Assembly: GCA_012295275.1 (NCBI GenBank)
Contig: CM022665.1
Span: 8,556,001-8,620,000 of the forward strand
DNA: 64,000 bases
Origin: Chrysomallon squamiferum
Taxonomy: Eukaryota > Animalia > Mollusca
Direction of reading: 5' to 3'
The position numbers and the translations under genes are program-made. Below, in pieces: positions 57,394 to 64,000 of this stretch (position 1 is the first letter of the stretch; every line of letters starts with the position of its first letter). The notes under the pieces were generated by a model, which was given only the letters and a program-made list of their open reading frames with translations, searched no databases and was not told the origin of the DNA.

Positions 57394-58013
57394 TTTTATT
57401 TTATTATGTTTTTTCTTTCTTACTTTTATTTTATTTTATTTTTTTCTCTTTTGTTTAATTCTGATCAAGTAAAGAAAATAGGTAAATCACTGCTAAATTT
57501 TGGAAAGCGCTTAAGCTGTAAATGTATTATATATATATATATGTTTATTAAAAATTCAGCCATAACTGCTGCGTCAGTTGTAATACATATAATAACGTTA
57601 TTTTTAAAAATTAAAAAAAAGGAAAAGAAAGAAAGAACAGAGAAAAAAAAATTCTTCACGTGACGTCCCTGGTTATTTTGAAGCAAAACAATAAATTTTA
57701 TCGTTACTTTATTTCTTCTAATTACACTGTTATCAGAATTCGTATTGTTATTAACTTTTTTCTCTTATTATTATTAACAATTGTGGTATTATTAATTAAT
57801 TATTGAATTATTTTATTATTCAGATGCTGTAAATGTACTATTTTTTTTTTTTTTTTTTTTTTTTAGTCTAATCTTTATTCATTTACTTTTTAATAATGAA
57901 TTTTTTTTCTGTCTCTCAGGCAGTGTGTTGAAACATTTCAGTTACTTCTTTCACTTAAAGTGTTTTTGTGTACCTGTTTAAGTTAATACGGTATATATAT
58001 ATTTTTTGACCAC

Positions 58014-58083
58014 ATTTGATTTATTGTTTATTTACTTATATATATATATATATATATATAAGTAAATAAACAATAAATCAAAT
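58014..58083. repeat. Perfect 70-bp palindrome centred on (TA)10
   Basis: ATTTGATTTATTGTTTATTTACTTA-(TA)10-TAAGTAAATAAACAATAAATCAAAT; the arms are exact reverse complements. Confidence 0.97.
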
Positions 58084-58511
58084 ATACACACACATACATA
58101 ATTTCGTTTTAGTTGTTTATTATCATCATCATCATCATCATCATCATTATCATTATCATTATTATTATTAAAATGTTTCCCTTAAAAGATTCCACTGCTA
58201 ATCTGACTTTATAAAATGTCACCAGTATATAAGTAATAAAATTTATATTAAAACGATTTTTCAAAGCGCATTAAATTTATATTAGGCATATAATTATTTG
58301 AAGTCGATTCGTATGCGACTGTAGAAACTTTATATTTACTGACACACATCTGTTTGAATATTTTACTTCCCATCAAACAGTCTTTTAAAATAAATTTTTA
58401 AAAATAAAATAAAATAAAATAAAATACAGAATGTATATGAAACAACAGTTTTGTCAAGCAAAAATATTTCTAAAATTTTTATTACAAGACATTAAAATAT
58501 GAATAGCATAA

Positions 58512-58937
58512 AATCAGGATCAGAACGTTACAAATGTACACTTCAACATCATCAGAGGCAGACTTCGTGGCGAACGGAACGATGAACCGCTTTGTTCTGG
58601 ATCCACGTTTCAAAACCACCAGAGGTCATCTTCGCAGCTTCGGTACCTTTGGCAAAGCATCATTATGCAAAATCACAACTTACGCAGTTACTTCGCTCCA
58701 AAAGAGTTCATCAGCCAAACAGATCGAAGAAGCAATCACACGGTAATGGGAGATGTTTTCAATATTTTGTTGGCTGAGCGTCGAAATAAGATCCAGCAGA
58801 AGAGTTCGTTCGTGGAAAAAGTGTTATTATCATCTTGTTCGGTTTCAGGTAGCAACTGGAAACTGGATATACCCTCACTTCATGCGATGCCTACGTCATC
58901 TGTTCGCGAGTCCCCGAGAGATGGATGCACCATTTGA
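58512..58937 (+). other. GC-richer island with a 141-codon stop-free frame; possibly a decayed CR1/L2-type LINE 3' end
   Basis: Fragments in different frames (FNIIRG, FVLDPRFKTTRGHL, LRSYF, KRV) recall LINE ORF2 C-terminal motifs; no intact domain recognised. Confidence 0.3.
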
Positions 58938-58948
58938 TGTCTTATTAT

Positions 58949-58980
<32 letters not shown>

Positions 58981-60603
58981 CATTTTATTTAGTTCATACA
59001 GGTTTATCCAAGAATTTCCTATTTTTTTTTATTATGTTTTCATACATCGTTCAGTTTTGAAGATTTCAACTGATCAAAAACAACAACAACATTATTAATA
59101 ATAATAGTACATTCGCCCTTTATTGGTATTATATTTTTAAAATAAGTGAAAAAGTCATAAAAATGTTAAATTTAAAAAAAAATTTAACGTTAATTTCTTG
59201 TTTTTAGCAGTATATTTTCTAATTTGTGTATCTGTTTTTAATTTATAATGTTTATTTGTTTGTTTTGTTGTTGTTGTTTTTTTTTGTTTTTTTCCAGTAC
59301 TGGTCACTTACTTTGCTGACTGAAAACTTATGTGATCAAAAATGATCGGATTATTTAATAAAAGAGAAGCAAAATATCATTCCAAAGTCAATTTTTGAAA
59401 ATTTAACTAATTACCACGTTATATTATTGATCAGTACATTATTACAAATCGTTTACCATTGACAAACTATTTCAGACGTAAAATTTATACGTTTCATATT
59501 TATCCTAACAAATCACTTACTCTTTAGTTAAAAAAGGAGTATTTTCAAATATTTTTATTAGCAGAAAACTCGTGTTTGTGTATGTGTGAAACAAATACGT
59601 AAATACATTTTTAAATAAATAAACAACATTTCTATTCCTATTAACACAAACTGGCTAATTCTAGTATTTTATTCATCTGCTCAGTAACTTGTCACAAAGG
59701 AAGATCACGTATTCGGTGTAAAAAACAACGAACACGCCAGTAACTGGCAAAGCTGTTGACAAATAAAGAAGCATAATAAATCTGGCGCCAAAACCTGTGA
59801 CTGACTTCCTTTAATAAAACTGAAACCAAACAACAATAGGAACAAAATTACAACAACAGTAATTTAGTCTATGGTCAATGAAGATTAATATTAATAAACA
59901 CATAAAATTAATTAATGTCAATAAATTAATTACATTAAAAGATAAAAGTCATTATTGCGTTTCATTAATAACTCAGTCTTTTGAGAATTTGTGCTCAATC
60001 TGCTTTTTCGTTTCTCGGCACACTTCTGCTAGGTTATTCATGTATAATTATGTTAAATGATTATGGGATAACAAAAATGGTTTGTTTAAAGAATTGTTTT
60101 TTAACTGTTTAATTTGTATTTATGTTTGAGTCAGTGTGTGCGTGTGAGAGAAAGTGAGTGATATTCAGTTTTTTAATATAAGTTTCGCAAATAGGTTCTT
60201 GCTTTTTATTTTGTATCAGAATATACACCAAAGAAGAAACTGAACGAATCTTTCAATATTCAGAAGTTAGGAAAAGCGACATGCGCCACGTATCAGTTAC
60301 TTAGCTAAGAACACAATTACTTACGGTATATCTCCTGATAAAACTATAACGGTGTATCTTTTACAGATACTAACGCATGTCTGTGCAAGGTACAGAGTGA
60401 AATTTGATTCTTTCAGACACACTCGCGTGTTGTGTCACGAACGTGATATATCATATTCTTTTATGTATAAGTATCACTCTGTTAACTGTAATATAATATG
60501 CTACACCCTTTGATCAGGCACAGTTGCTTGGAAACTTCAGTTTACGCCCCCAAACAGCGCAATAACTAAAAAGCTGCACAGTTACTTTAGTGATTGAATT
60601 AAA

Positions 60604-60643
60604 ATGACAGTTTTACGTCTGGTTGTGATTTTCTGCCTGTTAG
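60604..60643 (+). CDS. AMN: Amnionless exon 1 (signal peptide MTVLRLVVIFCLL)
   Basis: AAAATG start, hydrophobic leader, G|GTGAGT phase-1 donor in frame with exon 2. Confidence 0.8.
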
Positions 60644-61400
60644 GTGAGTTTCTATTAATTTCTCGTTGTTCATGTATTTAATTACAAGTGTTAAGTACAA
60701 GTGGCTTTTAGGTATATTTTTTTTAGCTGTTTTGGTTTTTTTTGTCCCCACTCAGAAATGTTTTAATAATCAGTGTAGTAATTTTTAAACATTTTATAAA
60801 ATACGTATAGTAGGTTGTTTTCCTTATTATACAAAACGTTACTGAATTAAAAAGTAATAGTAATAATAATATTAACGTTGAAATCATTTGATGAAAATAT
60901 ACTGAGGATTTCAAACACGAGATAGTATTTAACATTAGCATATAAATATGTATGTTGTATGTATTGAAATTTTTCGATAAAATCTTAACTAATCATTGTG
61001 TAAATTCTGATTTTTATTATTATTATTACTATTATTACTGTTGTTGTTGTTGTTGTGGTTGTTGTTGTTTTATTATTATTATTATTTTGTTGTTGTTGTT
61101 GTTGCATCATTTATTTAAATTAATGAAAGAGCGAACTTGCAAAATGAACGACACTGTAAAGTAAAAATAAATTTAGCATGGCAGTAAAAGAATATTTTAT
61201 TACATCTGTTCTACCGATATTATTGTTTTATTATTGTTATTATTATTATTATTTCTTTTTTTTTTTTTTTTTTTTTTTCTACATTTTTTTATTATTGTTA
61301 TTATTATTATTTCTTTAATATATATTTTTTTTATTTTTCTATATTTTTTTATTATTATTATTGTTTTTTTTTTTTTGTTGTTTTTTAACCTTTTTTATAG

Positions 61401-61561
61401 GCTCAAGCCAGTGTGGTTTTAAAAAATGGATCAAAGACACTAATTTTGAAAACGCAAACAACTGGAATGCTGGCCGCGCACCTTGTGGAAACGATGTAGT
61501 GAACATAGCAGACGACAGTCCTGTCATTTACATTCAGATGAATACAACTCTGAAAACACTG
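61401..61561 (+). CDS. AMN: Amnionless exon 2
   Basis: TTTTTTATAG acceptor; KKWIKDTNFENANNWNAGRAPC matches the AMN N-terminal [22 protein letters not shown] pattern; donor CTG|GTTAGA, phase 0. Confidence 0.92.
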
Positions 61562-62128
61562 GTTAGATTTAATTTGTAAATATTTTATAAAGCAAATTAG
61601 ATATCAGAGAAAGAATGAAAAAATTAATGAAATAATGAAAGTTTACTCAAAAGAAAAGAAAAGAAAAGAAAAAACTCGCTGACAATATAAAGAACACTAT
61701 TTAAATGTATTTTTCATTATTGGTCAGTCATCAGATTTATGCAGGTCTGCGTTGGTCTCACGTTACAAGACTATGTCAGTATGTTAAGGAATTAAACTCT
61801 GTTTTTCTATATGTTCTAGGTCATGATGTCAGTAATTGTTTATCGTAAACTTAAAGTTCAACCATTTAGCACCAACTATATAAAGTTAATTCGACGTAGG
61901 TATTTATGCGATAAAACATATTTAAACATCTGAAGTCAGTAGATGAAATGCACTATGATTTTTGCAATCTGATATCAAAATGATGAGAAAGATAAGATCA
62001 TGGATATATGGTGGTAATTGTTTTAATAACGATAATCATTACGATCTGCGTTGTTGTTGCTGTTATTACTGCTGTTGTTGTTTTATGTCGTCGTCGTCGT
62101 TGTTGTTGTTACTGTTTTTGTTATTCAG

Positions 62129-62222
62129 ATTTTGCCAGAAAACAGTGAGATTATTTTCGGTAAATGGGTAACTCTTGGTTTTACCGATCAGCCAGATTCG
62201 AGTTGTCGATCTTATTCTGGAG
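62129..62222 (+). CDS. AMN: Amnionless exon 3
   Basis: TTCAG acceptor; ILPENSEIIFG (cf. LLPLDGELVL); G|GTAAGT donor, phase 1. Confidence 0.9.
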
Positions 62223-62715
62223 GTAAGTCAGCTAATTTTAAACATTAGTTTTAAATAACTTCCATATTTGAAACATATTTATTCTGAAGTTGCATTCCAT
62301 TATCATTATTATTATTGTTGATGTTGTTGTTGTTATTTATTTATTTATTTTAGTAATAATAAATTTAAATCTTTATTAATGAGAAATCTGATACTAATAA
62401 TATTCTTAACAGAGAGAGAGAGAGAAAAAAACGTAATTTCTATTTAAGAATATAAAATGACAAAAAGAACTGCCAACAGAATTAATCACTGTCACATTAA
62501 TATATAATAAACGTATATATCTCACATATACACAGAAATATACTAGTTAATATACAGTGAATAGTTATTAAATAAAAGAACTAGTATTATTTTAAAATTC
62601 GAGAAGTATATTATAAATGTCAAAAAGCACTGTTATATATACTCCCAATAGTAACTGCAAATTGCTTTTTACACTTTCATTTACTTTCATACTAAATTAC
62701 ATTTACTTCTACTAG

Positions 62716-62936
62716 ATGTGGAATTTAACGTAAACAATCCAAGGAAGTGGATCGATCCCGCCAATTGGTGCTCTACAGACACAGAACAAGGTTCCTGTCA
62801 ACAAAAACCATTACTGGATTCTGAAAAAATACCTTGTTCTACGGACAATGTAGTTTTCCCCAGGAATCATTTGTTTACCGTAGACCTAGGACAGAATCTA
62901 AATTTTCGAATCAATAAACTGAAATTCTCTGGCACA
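62716..62936 (+). CDS. AMN: Amnionless exon 4
   Basis: WIDPANW...LLDSEKIPCSTDNVVFP (cf. WHDPHLW...VDAERVPCRHDDVFFP); CTAG acceptor, ACA|GTGAGT donor. Confidence 0.95.
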
Positions 62937-63093
62937 GTGAGTATTTTCTGTATTTAAAACTGTTTCACTGGGAAAACGTTCAGTTATATTACATTTAATC
63001 ATTTACGGGTTCCAATTCGTAAATTGTATTACCTTCAGTGAAACATAATAAAACCAAATAGAGAATCTGCAGTGTTTGCTTATTAATTTTCAG

Positions 63094-63255
63094 AGTTTTA
63101 GCACGAGAAGTTTCCAACGGTATCTGGCTAGCCCAGATGGCAGGAGAATTTTCCCTCCACCGTCTGGGTCATCTCGGTCTACGGTCACGATTGCCAGACG
63201 TCCATCTAGTTGCGCTGACCGCACTGGGTGTGCTTCTGGTAATGATTATGGACAG
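63094..63255 (+). CDS. AMN: Amnionless exon 5
   Basis: FQRYLASPDGRRIF...CADRTGCASGND (cf. FLASRAGRLRF...CADPSGCVCGN); TTTTCAG acceptor, CAG|GTTTGT donor. Confidence 0.92.
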
Positions 63256-63601
63256 GTTTGTTTTATAAAAATATATATATATATATACTAGCTGATGCTT
63301 CTTTGTGTTGTTAATTTGTAAAACTGGCAAAGAATGCTAATTTTATTTTAATAATTTATTTTGGTGCTAAATATTTTACAGTTTACAAATAAAAAGAAGA
63401 ATGAAAATGGAAAAGTGAACATTATAATCAGTAACCTTGGTCATTAAAAAAAAAAAAAAAAAACATTAATCACTTATATTTGATAACAGTGTAGAAATTG
63501 CGAAAAACCTATTCGTAAAAAAAACCTATTAGGAACATGTACGGCGGTCCTTTCCCAGGGCAGACCAGTGTTAAATAAGATCTGTGTGTTTTTACTTACA
63601 G

Positions 63602-63697
63602 ATTTTCTCCCAGCTTTGTGCTATCATAACAAATAGGTGTGAAAGAGCGATGTGCAAAATGCTATACAACCAACAGGATCTTGTTGCAGGATGTGTG
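63602..63697 (+). CDS. AMN: Amnionless exon 6 (VWC-like Cys-rich domain), with an apparent 1-bp deletion at 63656-63659
   Basis: IFSQLCAIITNRCERAMCK, continuing in a shifted frame as AIQPTGSCCRMCG (cf. [21 protein letters not shown]); TTACAG acceptor, G|GTAAAT donor. Confidence 0.88.
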
Positions 63698-63997
63698 GTA
63701 AATTATTTAACTGTTTATCTTGCATCTCATCCAGACAGACGGACAAAGCAACATACAATTTTTTTTTTTTTTAAAACCCCAAAATGATAAATTAATAATA
63801 ATAATAATAATAAACGGACATAATGCTAAATAAGTGATTTCGTTAATTAATTGCTTGTTCATTATTTATTTTGAAAACTAATTTATTTCCTATTACAGTT
63901 CGATACGCCAGTGACTAACAGACATTTAGTTTCTTTTATTTAAATATACATATTAAATTTTAAAATGATTTACTGAAAATTGTAATTTATTTTACAG

Positions 63998-64000
63998 GCG
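63998..64000 (+). CDS. AMN: Amnionless exon 7, start only (runs off the window)
   Basis: TTTATTTTACAG acceptor; G|GC completes the expected Gly of C-G in phase 1. Confidence 0.5.

Larger units (their letters stand above)
51095..57840. mobile_element. Foldback-like structure: long modular inverted arms (~51095-53580 and ~55040-57840) around a ~1.45 kb unique spacer
   Basis: 51733-51780 is the exact reverse complement of 56832-56879; 51811-51840 mirrors ~56776-56806; inner edges 53535-53577 mirror 55043-55085; all pairs give a symmetry centre at ~54310. The inverted repeat is seen directly; mobility is inferred. Confidence 0.7.

Noticed and set aside
58591-58616. LDPRFK as a hAT transposase motif
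   Set aside because: No flanking hAT similarity; the following TRGH fits a LINE tail better
58923-58937. C-terminal GCTI* as a CaaX prenylation signal
   Set aside because: The Cys is third, not fourth, from the end, and the frame's coding status is unsupported

Overview
Very AT-rich, microsatellite-laden animal genomic DNA. It looks lophotrochozoan, possibly molluscan, but this is inferred from composition and protein style only. Two genes are recognisable, arranged head-to-head about 39 kb apart. (1) The first coding exon of a Six4/5 homeobox gene (minus strand, 21066-21844; SIX domain plus homeodomain with the ETVY signature). Its first intron apparently fills the left ~21 kb and contains several GC-richer candidate enhancers, including a dense cluster of NK2/Tinman-type sites. 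(2) The first six exons, plus the start of a seventh, of an amnionless (AMN) orthologue (plus strand, from 60604). As assembled it has a 1-bp frameshift in exon 6 and a Cys->Ser change in exon 5. Between the genes is a ~28 kb repeat block made of a Tc1 transposase relic, a ~20 kb hierarchical macrosatellite with a homogenised ~1.91 kb higher-order core, and a ~6.7 kb foldback-like inverted repeat. The foldback has modular arms around a unique spacer containing a hAT transposase tail. A perfect 70-bp palindrome and a possible LINE 3' relic follow. No prokaryotic-type systems, tRNA/rRNA genes or CRISPR arrays are supported. All calls are by eye; no database searches were run.
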